This document shows positions 63,877 through 64,000 of a stretch of 64,000 nucleotides of DNA, piece by piece. Numbering within the stretch: position 1 is the first letter of the stretch; every line of letters starts with the position of its first letter. The stretch spans positions 640,001 through 704,000 of the forward strand of contig CAVTJJ010000003.1 of NCBI GenBank assembly GCA_963735035.1, in the 5' to 3' direction. The DNA comes from an uncultured candidate division Zixibacteria bacterium (GTDB lineage: Bacteria > Zixibacteria > MSB-5A5 > GN15 > FEB-12). The notes beneath the pieces were generated by a model. That model did no database searches, was not told the origin of the DNA, and saw nothing but the letters and a program-made list of their open reading frames with translations. Position numbers and translations under genes: made by a program.

Positions 63877-64000
63877 CGCTCCTTCCTATGAGTAGATATG
63901 TATTCCGAGTAATCTCACGCGGTCTTCTCCGGTTTCACATCATGTTCACTTTGGTCACCGATAAAGAGGCAGATACCTGCAAGTATCAGCGGTACTCCTA

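Overview
GC-rich bacterial chromosomal window with no rRNA, tRNA, CRISPR array, prophage or transposase that I can support. Secreted proteins with NxPNPF...RKMxLL(K/R) C-terminal sorting domains suggest an FCB-group organism, possibly Zixibacteria-like (inference). Housekeeping and metabolic genes include pgpA-cinA-SemiSWEET, eno, two GT-C glycosyltransferases with an epimerase, tsaD, a YbbR/CdaR-like gene, an acyl-CoA ligase-GNAT fusion, a divergent K+-independent membrane PPase, and pit-DUF47. There are also many peptide-scavenging genes, a c-heme MCP behind a perfect sigma28 promoter, and an ArsR-DUF2892-MFP-RND unit. Highlights: (1) an uncharacterised three-gene envelope locus at 53.1-62.6 kb (1899-aa Ig/CarboxypepD-repeat protein with a long beta-rich, Cys-tipped C-terminus, an FN3 protein and an outer-membrane barrel) behind a sigma54-type promoter; (2) a stand-alone SLOG/DprA-like plus ADP-ribosyltransferase-like fusion at 17.9-19.0 kb; (3) a structured 5' leader on hppA; (4) several REP-like palindrome families with covarying stems; (5) three single-base frameshifts, one in enolase, that look like assembly indels.
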